NCBI GenBank assembly: GCA_017625465.1
Contig: JAGAKS010000003.1
Location: forward strand, 46,722 to 110,721
Length of the DNA stretch: 64,000 bases
Origin: Clostridia bacterium
GTDB taxonomy: Bacteria > Bacillota > Clostridia > TANB77 > CAG-508
Direction: 5' to 3'
Made by a program: the position numbers and the translations under genes. Each line of letters begins with the position of its first letter. The first letter of the stretch is position 1. This document shows, piece after piece, positions 38,885 through 49,066 of the stretch. The notes beneath the pieces were generated by a model. It did not search any database. It had not been told where the DNA came from and saw only the letters and a program-made list of their open reading frames with translations.

Positions 38885-39349
38885 TTATTTTATTGCATCA
38901 TAAATCTCTTTAGGAATAAGGTTTGACACATCTTTTCCATAACTTAAAAATTCAACAATCATACTTGAACTAATAGCACCGTATTTTCCTGATCTAACGT
39001 AAATAGTATCAAGGTTAGAAAGTTCTTCATTTATAAGAGCAATATTTTCTTCATAATCATAATCCATACCATTTCTAATGCCTCTTATTAAGAAGTTTGC
39101 GTTAAGCTCATTAGCTATATCTACAGAAAGTTTAGAGTAAGTGATAACAGAAACATTAGTTAGACCTTCTCTAGCTAGAACTTTTTCAATGGCTTTCTTC
39201 ATGATTTCAGAATCAAATCTACGATTTTTGTTTGAATTAATACCAATTCCAATTATAACTTTATCAAATAGTTTACTTGATTGCCTTACTACGTGTAAAT
39301 GACCGTTGGTAAAAGGATCAAAGCTACCTGCATAAAAACCTATTTTCAT
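38885..39349 (-). CDS. coaD: Phosphopantetheine adenylyltransferase
   Basis: It begins MKIGFYAGSFDPFTNGHLHV. The product is 154 aa. Confidence 0.93.
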   Translation of the reverse strand: MKIGFYAGSFDPFTNGHLHVVRQSSKLFDKVIIGIGINSNKNRRFDSEIMKKAIEKVLAREGLTNVSVITYSKLSVDIANELNANFLIRGIRNGMDYDYEENIALINEELSNLDTIYVRSGKYGAISSSMIVEFLSYGKDVSNLIPKEIYDAIK

Positions 39350-39440
39350 ATTTTTGTACCTCTTGTCAAATTATAGCATAAATATATAAAAAATACAAAT
39401 ATATTCAGTAATTATTTTGTAATAATTTTGTAACAATAAC

Positions 39441-39469
39441 GTGACATATATAAAAAAGTGTGGTATAAT
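39441..39469 (+). promoter_or_regulatory. Sigma-A type promoter (extended -10) for the second ftsZ-like gene
   Basis: GTGACA, 17 nt spacer ending in TGG, TATAAT. Confidence 0.5.
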
Positions 39470-39505
39470 AAAAACGCTATAAAATTTGAAAAGAGGTAAT
39501 TATTA

Positions 39506-40468
39506 GTGGAAAAACGTGTTATTGATAATGGTCAAAAAATGATTAAAATAAAAGTAATAGGTGTAGGTGGAGCTGGAAATAATGCTATTAATAGAATGGT
39601 AGAAGATAAAGTTCAAAATGTTGAATTTATTGCTGTTAATACTGAAACTAAAATATTAAAATTATCAAAAGCAAAAAAAGTTATTCAGATAGGAAGACAA
39701 ACAACTGCTGGCTTAAGTACAGGTGGTATTGTAGAAATTGGAGAAATGGCAGCTAGAGAAAATATAGAAGATATTGAGAAAGCTTTATTTGATACAGATA
39801 TGGTATTTATAACTGCTGGAATGGGTGGAGGAACTGGAACTGGTGCTGCACCAGTAGTAGCAGAAGTAGCTAAAAAATTAGGTATTTTAACAGTAGGTGT
39901 TGTTACAAAACCTTTCATTTTTGAAGGTATTAGAAAAATGAATCAAGCTAAAAAAGGTATTGCAGAAATGAAGAAGAATGTAGATGCCCTTATTGTTATT
40001 TCTAATGATAAACTTCTTAAAAATGTAGATAAAAATAGCACGATTATTGAAGCTTTTAAATTGGCAGATAGTACATTAAAACAAGGTATAATAGGAATTA
40101 CAAATTTATTAAATTCAACAGGACTTGTTAATGTTGATTTTAATGACGTAAAAACTGTTATGACAAATACTGGAATGGCACATTTAGGAATGTGTACAAA
40201 AATAGGAGAAGATGCAATTAGAGAATCTGTTAAAGGTGCAGTTGATAATTCTCTTTCAGAAACAAAAATAAATGGAGCCAAAGGAGTAATAATTAATATT
40301 GCGGGCTCAAATGAACTTTCACTTATGGATATAAATACAGCTATTACAAGTATTGGAGACCATATAGATGAAAATGCTACAGTAATATTTGGTACAATTG
40401 TTGATGAATCTTTGAAAGGAAAAATTATTACAACAGTAATTGCTACTGGTGTTGAAGATGTAGAATAG
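39506..40468 (+). CDS. FtsZ paralog lacking the C-terminal linker and tail
   Basis: The 320 aa product has [13 protein letters not shown] and [11 protein letters not shown]. It ends right after the globular core (TVIATGVEDVE). Its T3-loop region differs from the canonical copy (AGLSTGGIVEIG versus [12 protein letters not shown]). Confidence 0.85.
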   Translation: MEKRVIDNGQKMIKIKVIGVGGAGNNAINRMVEDKVQNVEFIAVNTETKILKLSKAKKVIQIGRQTTAGLSTGGIVEIGEMAARENIEDIEKALFDTDMVFITAGMGGGTGTGAAPVVAEVAKKLGILTVGVVTKPFIFEGIRKMNQAKKGIAEMKKNVDALIVISNDKLLKNVDKNSTIIEAFKLADSTLKQGIIGITNLLNSTGLVNVDFNDVKTVMTNTGMAHLGMCTKIGEDAIRESVKGAVDNSLSETKINGAKGVIINIAGSNELSLMDINTAITSIGDHIDENATVIFGTIVDESLKGKIITTVIATGVEDVE

Positions 40469-40506
40469 TTATGATAAAATAAAACAAAAGAAAAAGGAGC
40501 TAAAAA

Positions 40507-41427
40507 ATGATAATACCAAATAAATTAAAAAAAGGTGACACTGTATTAGTAGTAGAAGCGAGCGCTTCTATTGAAGAAAAGGATAAAGAGTATATTGAAA
40601 AATCTACTAAAATGCTTGAAGATTTGGGGTTAAATGTAGAATTTGCAAAAAATGTTTATTCAAATAAAACTGGTTATGGTGCTACTGTATTAGAAAAAGC
40701 AGAAGATATAAATGAAGGTTTTAGAAATTCTAAATATCAAATGCTTTTTTTAGTTAAAGGCGGTGCTAATTCCAATTCACTTTTTGATTATTTAGATTAT
40801 GAAGTTATAGCAAACAATCCCAAAATTATTTGTGGTTTTAGTGATTCTACTTCAATTACTAATATGATTACTGAGAAAACAGGTTTAGTTACTTATAGTG
40901 GTCCAACATTTAAATCACTTTCATCATGGGAAACAGAGTATAGTTATAGAAGTTTTATAAAAAGATTTATGGAAGAAGATTTAGAATTAAGCGAACAAGA
41001 TGATGAGTTTATAACTATAAAAGCAGGTAAAACAGTAGGTGAACTTATTGGTGGAAATTTATCACTAATTTCTAAAATGGTGGCTGGAAAATATAAATTA
41101 AATTTTGAAAATAAAATTTTATTTATAGAAGAATTAGGTTTTGAATCTGAACCAGCTATGTGTAGTGGAAACTTATACTATTTGAAACAAAACGGAGTGT
41201 TTGACAAAATAAAAGGAATTTGGGTTGGAAATTATGAGCATGAAGATAATATACAATTAGAACAAATATTACTAGATACTATTGGCGATGAGTATAATTT
41301 TCCAATAATTAAATCTAATAATTTTGGACATACAGACAGAAAAACAGTAATTCCAATAGGAACAATCGCAAAAATTGATACTAATAGTCAAGAGAAAATA
41401 GAACTATTAGAAAAATGTGTTAAATAA
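40507..41427 (+). CDS. LD-carboxypeptidase (peptidase S66, LdcA/MccF-like)
   Basis: GFSDSTSI is the nucleophile Ser motif. FGHTDRK and EE residues are also present. The product is 306 aa. Confidence 0.8.
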   Translation: MIIPNKLKKGDTVLVVEASASIEEKDKEYIEKSTKMLEDLGLNVEFAKNVYSNKTGYGATVLEKAEDINEGFRNSKYQMLFLVKGGANSNSLFDYLDYEVIANNPKIICGFSDSTSITNMITEKTGLVTYSGPTFKSLSSWETEYSYRSFIKRFMEEDLELSEQDDEFITIKAGKTVGELIGGNLSLISKMVAGKYKLNFENKILFIEELGFESEPAMCSGNLYYLKQNGVFDKIKGIWVGNYEHEDNIQLEQILLDTIGDEYNFPIIKSNNFGHTDRKTVIPIGTIAKIDTNSQEKIELLEKCVK

Positions 41428-41495
41428 GAGAAAAATAGAGCAAAAGCTGAAAACGAATTTAAAAATGCATATAAATGGTAAAAAATCATTTAATA

Positions 41496-41524
41496 TTGAC
41501 TTTTTTACTACTATATAGTATAAT
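41496..41524 (+). promoter_or_regulatory. Consensus sigma-A promoter for mgtE
   Basis: TTGACT, 17 nt spacer, TATAAT. Confidence 0.65.
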
Positions 41525-41561
41525 ATATAAGGTTATAATATTAGCTATAATAGTGGAATAT

Positions 41562-41609
41562 TCCGCTACTACAACCAATAAAAATAAAATTGTAGAGCGG
41601 ATTTTTTTA
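41562..41609 (+). terminator. Leader terminator/attenuator hairpin between the mgtE promoter and its start codon
   Basis: Stem tccgct(a)ctaca, 17 nt A-rich loop, stem tgtagagcgga, followed by ttttttt. The SD and the ATG at 41631 follow. Confidence 0.55.
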
Positions 41610-41630
41610 TGGAAAAGGAGGAAATCAGAA

Positions 41631-42986
41631 ATGAATGATGAAAAATTAGAACTAGAAATTGAAAAAATATTAAATTTCATTGAAGAAAAGAAATTTAATG
41701 ACTTAAGAAAATATTTAGAAAATGTTAACAGTGCTGATTTCCCGAGTATGTTTGAAGAATTAGAAGATGGACAAGATTTATTAGTATATAGACTGCTTTC
41801 AAAAGAACAAGCTGCAGAGGTTTTTGCAGAACTTGATTCAGATGTTCAAGAAAAACTTATAAATGCATTTACAGATAGAGAATTAAAAAATATTATTGAT
41901 GAGCTTTTTATGGATGATACAGTAGATTTAATTGAAGAAATGCCATCAAATGTTGTAAAACGTATTTTAAATAACATTAATAAAACAGATAGAAAAATTG
42001 TAAATGAACTTTTAAATTATCCAGAAGATAGCGCTGGAAGTATCATGACAACTGAGTTTATAGATTTAAAAGAAAATATGTCTGTTGAAGAAGCTTTTGC
42101 TAAAATTAAAAAAATAGGCTTACAGAAAGAAACAGTATATAATTGCTATGTTTTAAGTATAGATAGAAAAATAAAAGGTGTAATAGACATTAAAGAGCTT
42201 TTAGTTGCAGAACGTGATGCAAAATTAAAAGATATAATGGACACTAATGTTATAACAGTTTCTACTTTAGAGGATCAAGAAGAAGTAGCAAAAATGTTTG
42301 ACAAATATAATATGTATGCTTTACCAGTAGTAGATAAAGAAGCTAGATTAGTTGGTATTATTACAATTGATGATGCTATTGATGTTATGCAAGAAGAAAC
42401 ATCAGAGGACTTTGAAATCATGGCTGCTATGACGCCTAACGAAGAGTCTTATTTTAAAACAAGTGTATTTAAACATGCTAAAAATAGAATTGTATGGCTT
42501 TTAGTACTTATGTTTTCAGCAATGATAACAGGTTCAATTATTACACACTACGAAGAAGCTTTTTCAGCGTTACCAATACTTGTATCTTTTATACCAATGT
42601 TAATGGGTACAGGTGGTAATTGTGGTTCACAAAGTTCAACTCTTATTATTCGTGGATTAGCAATGGATGAAATTAAATTAAAAGATTATTTTAGAGCTTT
42701 ATGGAAAGAAATTAGAGTTTCAATTGTGGTTGGAATAATTTTAGCAATAGCAAACGGTGCTAGAATAATGATACAATATCATGACTTTAAACTTGCACTT
42801 GTGGTAGGACTAACACTGATAGGAATAGTAATAATTGCAAAAATGCTAGGTTGTACACTTCCAATGCTTGCTAAAAAATTAAAACTAGATCCAGCAATTA
42901 TGGCTGCTCCACTTATAACGACAGTATCAGATACTTGTTCTGTTTTACTATTTTTCCAAATCGCAGTAGCAATATTACATATTTAA
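41631..42986 (+). CDS. mgtE: Magnesium transporter MgtE
   Basis: It has an MgtE N-domain, tandem CBS domains and a TM domain with MGTGGNCGSQSS. The tracked upstream extension (41475) covers the promoter and leader hairpin, so the ATG at 41631 after AAGGAGG is preferred. Confidence 0.92.
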   Translation: MNDEKLELEIEKILNFIEEKKFNDLRKYLENVNSADFPSMFEELEDGQDLLVYRLLSKEQAAEVFAELDSDVQEKLINAFTDRELKNIIDELFMDDTVDLIEEMPSNVVKRILNNINKTDRKIVNELLNYPEDSAGSIMTTEFIDLKENMSVEEAFAKIKKIGLQKETVYNCYVLSIDRKIKGVIDIKELLVAERDAKLKDIMDTNVITVSTLEDQEEVAKMFDKYNMYALPVVDKEARLVGIITIDDAIDVMQEETSEDFEIMAAMTPNEESYFKTSVFKHAKNRIVWLLVLMFSAMITGSIITHYEEAFSALPILVSFIPMLMGTGGNCGSQSSTLIIRGLAMDEIKLKDYFRALWKEIRVSIVVGIILAIANGARIMIQYHDFKLALVVGLTLIGIVIIAKMLGCTLPMLAKKLKLDPAIMAAPLITTVSDTCSVLLFFQIAVAILHI

Positions 42987-43033
42987 TTATATTTTAAGCT
43001 TTGTGTGATATTTTCTAAGCGAGGAGAGTTAAT

Positions 43034-43702
43034 ATGAGAATTTTAATTGTAGAAGATGATAAAATTTTAGCAAGAACTATAGAACAATGTTTATCAAAAA
43101 AATATGATATAGATAAAGCTTATGATGGCGAAGAAGGTGTAATGTATGCCAAACAAGGAATTTATGATGCTATTGTCTTAGATTTAATGATGCCAATTAT
43201 GAATGGCTTTGACGTTTTAAGAGAACTTAGAAAATCTAAAATATATACACCAGTTTTAGTTCTTACTGCAAAAGGAAATGTTACAGATAAAGTTGGTGCA
43301 TTAAATATAGGTGCTGATGATTATTTAGTAAAACCATTTAATAGAGAAGAGTTGATTGCAAGAATAGAAGCAATTATAAGAAGAACTACAGGTAACTATA
43401 CAGAAAACATATTACAATATAAAGATATGATAATTGATTTAAGCAGTAGAACAATAAAAATAAAAGATGAAGAAATTTTTCTTCAAGGAAAACAATTTGA
43501 TATGCTTACTTATTTAGTTACTTCAAAAAATACAATTATTACCAAAGATCAAATTTTTGATAAGATTTGGGGCTTTGATTCTGAAACTACGACAAATGTT
43601 ATAGAAGTATATGCAAGCGGAATTCGTAAAGAACTTAAGAAAAGCGGATATGATAAATATTTAAAAACAATAAGAGGCGTAGGCTATATTTGGTCAGAGT
43701 AG
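43034..43702 (+). CDS. OmpR-family response regulator
   Basis: The receiver domain has ILIVEDD and DLMMP. The winged-helix C-terminus ends TIRGVGYIW. Confidence 0.9.
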   Translation: MRILIVEDDKILARTIEQCLSKKYDIDKAYDGEEGVMYAKQGIYDAIVLDLMMPIMNGFDVLRELRKSKIYTPVLVLTAKGNVTDKVGALNIGADDYLVKPFNREELIARIEAIIRRTTGNYTENILQYKDMIIDLSSRTIKIKDEEIFLQGKQFDMLTYLVTSKNTIITKDQIFDKIWGFDSETTTNVIEVYASGIRKELKKSGYDKYLKTIRGVGYIWSE

Positions 43703-43711
43703 AGGTGTAAG

Positions 43712-45040
43712 ATGAAGGAACAAGATGCTTTAAAAAAGCAATTAGTAGTTCACATGTTGTATATTTTAGCAGCTTTTGCACTGATTTTTTCAGTGTTTGG
43801 AATGATTATAGCTTTTGCTTTTAAATATATAACATATAGTTCTATTGATCAAGAATTAATAAATACAGCAAATATTTTTATTCAAGATAATGAAGAATTA
43901 GAGAATATTTCAGATTATTTTTTGAAAGATGGATATTCTAATTTTGAGAATTTTGATGATAAACTTAGAGAAATTAGAGATTATAATTTGTCAAGGAAAG
44001 TTAAAAATCCTAAATATACGGTTATAGTTAGAGATGGAAATGGAAAGACATTAAATATTGGTGATTTAGGACTATATTATGAAGAAAATGATATGCTTAT
44101 TTCATTCGATAAAAATAATATAAATAAAGTATATACATTAAATTTTGCAGGAAATTCTTCTTATAGAGCTATCAATGTAAAATTAGATAGTGAGAAAGCA
44201 GAAAATGTTAGATATGTACAAATTTTACTTAATGCTGATAGTGAAAAAATGCTTGTAGATAATTTTGGAAAACTTGTAATAAATAGTGTTGTAGTAGGAA
44301 TTCTTCTTTCTGTATTTGCAAGTTTTGTGTTATCAAGAAAAACTTTAAGGCCTATTGAAATAGCTTTTGAGAAGCAAACTGAATTTGTTCAAAATGCTTC
44401 TCATGAACTGAGAACACCACTTACTATTATACAGGCAAAGCAAGAACTTTTACTTACAGAGCCTAACAGTAAAATAATAGATAAATCAGAAGATATTGCG
44501 CTTACATTAAATGAAACTAAAAGACTTACCAAACTTACAAAAGATCTTATGACACTTGCTTCTTCAAATAAGATGGAACTTGAAAAAGAAAATGTCAACA
44601 TAGATGAGCTTATACAAAGTACAGTAAATCCATATATAGAAGTTGCTAATTTATCTGAAAAAGAATTAAAACTAGATTTAAAATATGGTAAAAATGTAGA
44701 AATAGATGTTAACAAAATACAACAACTTATAATTATTCTTTTAGATAATGCTCTTAAATATACTGAAGCCAAAGATAGTATAGAAATTGTAAGCTACTTA
44801 AAAGATGGAAAATGCAATATAGAAGTTAGAGATACAGGAATTGGAATAAGTGATAATGGAATAAAAGAGGTATTTAATAGATTTTATAGAGAAGATGCTG
44901 CTAGAAATCGAGAAACAGGTGGAAGTGGCTTAGGGCTTTCAATTGCAGATACAATTGTTAAGGCTCATAATGGAACTATAAAAGCATTACATAATAATCC
45001 AAAAGGAACAATATTTACTGTTAAATTGCCTAAGATATAA
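43712..45040 (+). CDS. Sensor histidine kinase
   Basis: It has two TM helices, the H-box SHELRTPLT, and N/G boxes (DNALKYT, GGSGLGLSIA). Confidence 0.9.
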   Translation: MKEQDALKKQLVVHMLYILAAFALIFSVFGMIIAFAFKYITYSSIDQELINTANIFIQDNEELENISDYFLKDGYSNFENFDDKLREIRDYNLSRKVKNPKYTVIVRDGNGKTLNIGDLGLYYEENDMLISFDKNNINKVYTLNFAGNSSYRAINVKLDSEKAENVRYVQILLNADSEKMLVDNFGKLVINSVVVGILLSVFASFVLSRKTLRPIEIAFEKQTEFVQNASHELRTPLTIIQAKQELLLTEPNSKIIDKSEDIALTLNETKRLTKLTKDLMTLASSNKMELEKENVNIDELIQSTVNPYIEVANLSEKELKLDLKYGKNVEIDVNKIQQLIIILLDNALKYTEAKDSIEIVSYLKDGKCNIEVRDTGIGISDNGIKEVFNRFYREDAARNRETGGSGLGLSIADTIVKAHNGTIKALHNNPKGTIFTVKLPKI

Positions 45041-45067
45041 AAGCTACTATTTAAGTAGCTTTTTTTG
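45040..45067 (+). terminator. Rho-independent terminator
   Basis: Stem aaagctact, loop attta, stem agtagcttt, followed by tttt. Confidence 0.8.
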
Positions 45068-45148
45068 AAATGTAATATTTATGTAATTGTATTTAAATTT
45101 TGTATTTGATAAAATATATAAATAAAAATGAATTAAAAGAGGAAATGT

Positions 45149-45613
45149 ATGGAACTACTTATTTTTATAGTTGTTTTAACAAGTATTCTAATGGCATTAG
45201 CATTTGTTCTATATCAAACAGATATCGGAAAATATCAAATAAGATATCAAGAGCAAAGCTCAAATGAAGAAGAAAATTGTAATAAATTTCAAAAAGATTT
45301 TCCGGAAAAAGATATTAATTCTCTAAAAATAGAAATAGAAAAAATATCTGATATGCTATTAGATAATGAAGAATCAAATAGATACACATATAAAATTCAA
45401 GAAAAAGCAAAAAATGATTATAGATTAAATGAATTTCGTAATGAGATTCCAGATAATGTAAGAATTTTAAATTATAAAAAAGGCAAATTAAAGGCACAAG
45501 TAAATTATGTTTTAGGCAAAACTGAATATACACTTATTATGTATATGGAAACAGTAAAAAAAGGTAGAGTCTTTTTAAAAGACTATAAATCTATGAAAGG
45601 AGTAGTAAATTAA
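45149..45613 (+). CDS. Hypothetical membrane-anchored protein
   Basis: The 154 aa product has an N-terminal TM helix. I recognise no family. Confidence 0.4.
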   Translation: MELLIFIVVLTSILMALAFVLYQTDIGKYQIRYQEQSSNEEENCNKFQKDFPEKDINSLKIEIEKISDMLLDNEESNRYTYKIQEKAKNDYRLNEFRNEIPDNVRILNYKKGKLKAQVNYVLGKTEYTLIMYMETVKKGRVFLKDYKSMKGVVN

Positions 45614-45652
45614 AATACATCACCAGATTATTAAATTGGTGATGTATTTTTT
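45614..45652 (+). terminator. Rho-independent terminator
   Basis: Stem aatacatcaccag / ttggtgatgtatt, followed by ttttg. Confidence 0.8.
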
Positions 45653-45712
45653 GTGTATAAATTTCCATATATTGGGTAAACTTTAATGAAAATAAAATCA
45701 AGGAGATTTATT

Positions 45713-48160
45713 ATGACATATAAGTTTACGAAAAGTAGTGAAAATGTACTTAAAATTGCTAATGATTTAGCAGAAGATATGGGACATAGTTATATAGGTA
45801 CAGAACATATTTTGTATGGCTTGGTTGCCGAGGGAACAGGTGTTGCTAGTAAAGTTTTAGAAAATCAAAACATAGTAGCAGAAGATGTGTTAGAAAAAAT
45901 TGAAGCTTTAATAGGAAGTACAGAAATTTCTCAAAATGCTGTTTTAGGTTTTACACCTAGAACGAAAAAAATTTTAGAAAATGCCTTTATGGAAGCGAAA
46001 AAATTAGGGTCAGATTATATAGGTACAGAACATATTTTAATAGGCATTATGAAAGAAGGAGATAGTATTGCAGTTAGAATAATGCTAGATTTGGGAATAC
46101 GAATTGAAGATGTATATAATGAAATTGTAAGAGTTTTAAATGATTTTGAAAGTATTAGTAATGGAAATTTGAAAAATGCTAAGGGAAGTTATAATAATAC
46201 ACAAACTTTGAATCAATTTGGGACTGATTTAAGTATGCAAGCTATGGAAGGAAAATTAGATCCAGTCATAGGAAGAAATATTGAAACAGAACGAGTTATA
46301 GAAATTTTATCTAGAAGAACGAAAAATAATCCGTGTCTGTTAGGAGAACCAGGTGTTGGAAAGACAGCTGTTATTGAAGGTTTAGCTCAAAGAATAGTAG
46401 CTGGAAATGTTCCTGAAAATTTAAAAAATAAAAGAGTTGTAACATTAGATGTAAGTAGTATGGTAGCAGGTGCAAAATATAGAGGAGATTTTGAAGAAAG
46501 AATAAAAAAAGTATTAGGTGAAGTAAAAAAAGCTAAAGATGTTATTTTATTTATAGATGAAATTCATACAATTGTAGGAGCCGGAGCAGCTGATGGTGCT
46601 ATTGATGCTGCCAATATTTTAAAACCAATGTTAGCTAGAAGAGAAATTCAATTAGTAGGTGCTACAACACCTAAAGAATACAGAAAGAACATAGAAAGAG
46701 ATAGTGCATTAGAACGTAGATTTCAACCTGTTCAAATTGAAGAACCTTCGATAGAGGAAGCTGAGAAAATTTTGAAAGGTATTAGAGATAAATATGAAGC
46801 ACATCACAATGTAAAAATAACTGATGAAGCGATTGAGGCAGCTGTAGAACTTTCAAGTAAATATATAAATGATAGATATTTGCCAGATAAAGCTATTGAT
46901 TTGATTGATGAGGCATCTGTTAAAAGTAGATTAAAAACATATATTGCTCCAGAAAATATAAAAAAATTAGAAGATAAGTTTGAAAAAACAGTGAGAGAAA
47001 AAGAAGATGCAATAAATATACAAGATTTTGAAAAGGCTGCTAAGTTAAGAGATAAGGAAAAAGAACTTTCAAAAAAATTAGATGAAGAAAATGAAAAATG
47101 GAGAGATGCAAGAACTAACAAAGTTATAAATATTGATAAAGAAGATGTTGCAGTAATTGTTTCAAATTGGACAGGAATACCAGTTTCTAAAATTAGTGAA
47201 AGTGAAAATGAAAAATTAAAAAGTTTAGAAGAGGAACTTCATAAAAGAGTTATAGGACAAGATGAAGCGGTTTCAGCAGTAGCAAAAGCAATTAGAAGAA
47301 GTAGAGTAGGACTTAAAGATCCTAATAGACCGATAGGTTCATTTTTGTTTTTAGGTCCAACAGGTGTTGGTAAAACAGAACTTACGAAAGCTTTGGCTGA
47401 GTGCTTATTTGGAAGTGAGAGTGCTATGATAAGGGTTGATATGTCTGAGTTTATGGAACAACATTCAGTTTCAAAATTGATTGGTTCTCCACCTGGATAT
47501 GTAGGTTATGAAGAAGCAGGAGGTCTTACAGAACAAGTTAGAAAAAAATTGTATTCTGTAATTTTATTTGACGAAATTGAAAAAGCACATCCAGATGTCA
47601 TGAATTTATTATTGCAAATTTTAGATGATGGAAGATTAACAGATAGTCAAGGAAGAGTAATTAATTTTAAAAATACAGTTATAATTATGACTTCAAATAT
47701 AGGTGCAAGAAATATAACAGATAAAAAAACTTTAGGTTTTGGAAATTATAAAATAGAGGAAGAATATGAAAATATTAAAAGAGATGTTATGCAAGAAGTA
47801 AAGCAAATGCTAAAACCAGAATTTATAAATAGAATAGATGAAATTATAGTATTTCATAAATTAACTAAAAACCATATTGAAAAAATTATAGATATAATGT
47901 TAAATGATGTTCAAGAAAAAATAAAGAAACAAAATGTTTCGTTAATAATAGAACAATCAGCAAAAGATTTTATACTTGCTCGAGGGACAGATGATAATTT
48001 TGGAGCAAGACCTTTAAGACGTACAATACAAAATTATGTAGAAGATAAACTGGCCGAATTTATTTTAGATGGAATACCAAGCGGAAAAAATGAATTAATT
48101 ATTTCAGCAGATGGTAAGGAAATTAGCGTAAAACTAGCAGAGAAACAAGAAAGCACCTAA
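45713..48160 (+). CDS. clpC: ATP-dependent Clp protease ATP-binding subunit ClpC
   Basis: It has Clp_N repeats, two AAA+ modules (GEPGVGKTA, GPTGVGKTE) and a UVR motif (IQDFEKAAKLRDKE). The ATG at 45713 after AGGAG is preferred. Confidence 0.93.
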   Translation: MTYKFTKSSENVLKIANDLAEDMGHSYIGTEHILYGLVAEGTGVASKVLENQNIVAEDVLEKIEALIGSTEISQNAVLGFTPRTKKILENAFMEAKKLGSDYIGTEHILIGIMKEGDSIAVRIMLDLGIRIEDVYNEIVRVLNDFESISNGNLKNAKGSYNNTQTLNQFGTDLSMQAMEGKLDPVIGRNIETERVIEILSRRTKNNPCLLGEPGVGKTAVIEGLAQRIVAGNVPENLKNKRVVTLDVSSMVAGAKYRGDFEERIKKVLGEVKKAKDVILFIDEIHTIVGAGAADGAIDAANILKPMLARREIQLVGATTPKEYRKNIERDSALERRFQPVQIEEPSIEEAEKILKGIRDKYEAHHNVKITDEAIEAAVELSSKYINDRYLPDKAIDLIDEASVKSRLKTYIAPENIKKLEDKFEKTVREKEDAINIQDFEKAAKLRDKEKELSKKLDEENEKWRDARTNKVINIDKEDVAVIVSNWTGIPVSKISESENEKLKSLEEELHKRVIGQDEAVSAVAKAIRRSRVGLKDPNRPIGSFLFLGPTGVGKTELTKALAECLFGSESAMIRVDMSEFMEQHSVSKLIGSPPGYVGYEEAGGLTEQVRKKLYSVILFDEIEKAHPDVMNLLLQILDDGRLTDSQGRVINFKNTVIIMTSNIGARNITDKKTLGFGNYKIEEEYENIKRDVMQEVKQMLKPEFINRIDEIIVFHKLTKNHIEKIIDIMLNDVQEKIKKQNVSLIIEQSAKDFILARGTDDNFGARPLRRTIQNYVEDKLAEFILDGIPSGKNELIISADGKEISVKLAEKQEST

Positions 48161-48171
48161 GGGTGCTTTTT
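48151..48171 (+). terminator. Short terminator hairpin overlapping the clpC stop
   Basis: Stem aagcacc, loop taa, stem gggtgctt, followed by ttt. Confidence 0.5.
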
Positions 48172-48260
48172 GCTTGAAAAGCATATAAGAGTATAAATAT
48201 TTGATACTTGAAAATTATAAATATTATGGTAAAATACTATTGTAGAAAAGGAGAAAGGCA

Positions 48261-49064
48261 ATGTTTAAAATAGTATTTTTTGATTTAGATGGAACTTTAC
48301 TAACAACTCAAAAAGAGGTGTTAGAAGAAAATAAAAAAGCAATAAAAAATGCATTAGATAATGGAATAGAGGTATGTATTTGTACAGGTAGACAAAAAAC
48401 AGCTGCTAGACATTATCAAGAAATGGCTGGCGCAGGAAGATACATTATATGTGCTAATGGTGCTGAAATATATGATACAAAAGATAATGAAGAATTATTT
48501 AAATGTACATTAGAAAAAGATTTTGCATTAAATATGTATGAATTTGCAATAGAAAATAAATTAGCCATAAGAGTTGATACTCAATATGGAAGATATGTTA
48601 ATGATATGAGATATTCAATATTAGATGATATGCTAATGGAAGAAAACTATGAAAAATTTTTTGAAGAAAATGACATTCTTCAGTTAAGCGTAGGTGCAGA
48701 AGATAGTAAAGTAATAGAAAATATAATAAAAAATTTGCCTAGTGATGTAAAAGTTGAAAATCGTTTTATTACTAGTCTAATTCCAGATAAATTAGATATG
48801 ATAAATCTTATTAATAGTTCTGTATCAAAAGGAAATGCTATATTAGGATTATGTAAATATTTAAAGATTAAACCAGAAGAAGCAATGGCTTTTGGAGATG
48901 ATCTTAACGATATTTCTATGATGAATTCAGTTTATGGGGTTGCCATGGGAAATGCTTTTGATGAATTAAAAAATATGGCTAAAGAAGTTGTGTCAACTAC
49001 TAATAATGAAGCAGGAATTTCAAAGATTTTGAATAGAATAGTTGAAGAAAGGAAACAATCTTAA
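48261..49064 (+). CDS. Cof-type HAD-IIB phosphatase
   Basis: FFDLDGTLL and FGDDLNDISM motifs are present. Confidence 0.85.
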   Translation: MFKIVFFDLDGTLLTTQKEVLEENKKAIKNALDNGIEVCICTGRQKTAARHYQEMAGAGRYIICANGAEIYDTKDNEELFKCTLEKDFALNMYEFAIENKLAIRVDTQYGRYVNDMRYSILDDMLMEENYEKFFEENDILQLSVGAEDSKVIENIIKNLPSDVKVENRFITSLIPDKLDMINLINSSVSKGNAILGLCKYLKIKPEEAMAFGDDLNDISMMNSVYGVAMGNAFDELKNMAKEVVSTTNNEAGISKILNRIVEERKQS

Positions 49065-49066
49065 AA

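Noticed and set aside
41475-41630. The N-terminal extension of the mgtE ORF (MVKNHLILTF...), as given in the ORF track.
   Set aside because: The extension spans a consensus promoter and a terminator-like hairpin and has no SD. The ATG at 41631 follows AAGGAGG and begins the recognisable MgtE N-domain.
41520-41630. An M-box (ykoK) Mg riboswitch upstream of mgtE.
   Set aside because: The leader is only about 105 nt, and I cannot recognise the conserved M-box core by eye. I report it only as an unclassified attenuator pending a covariance-model search.
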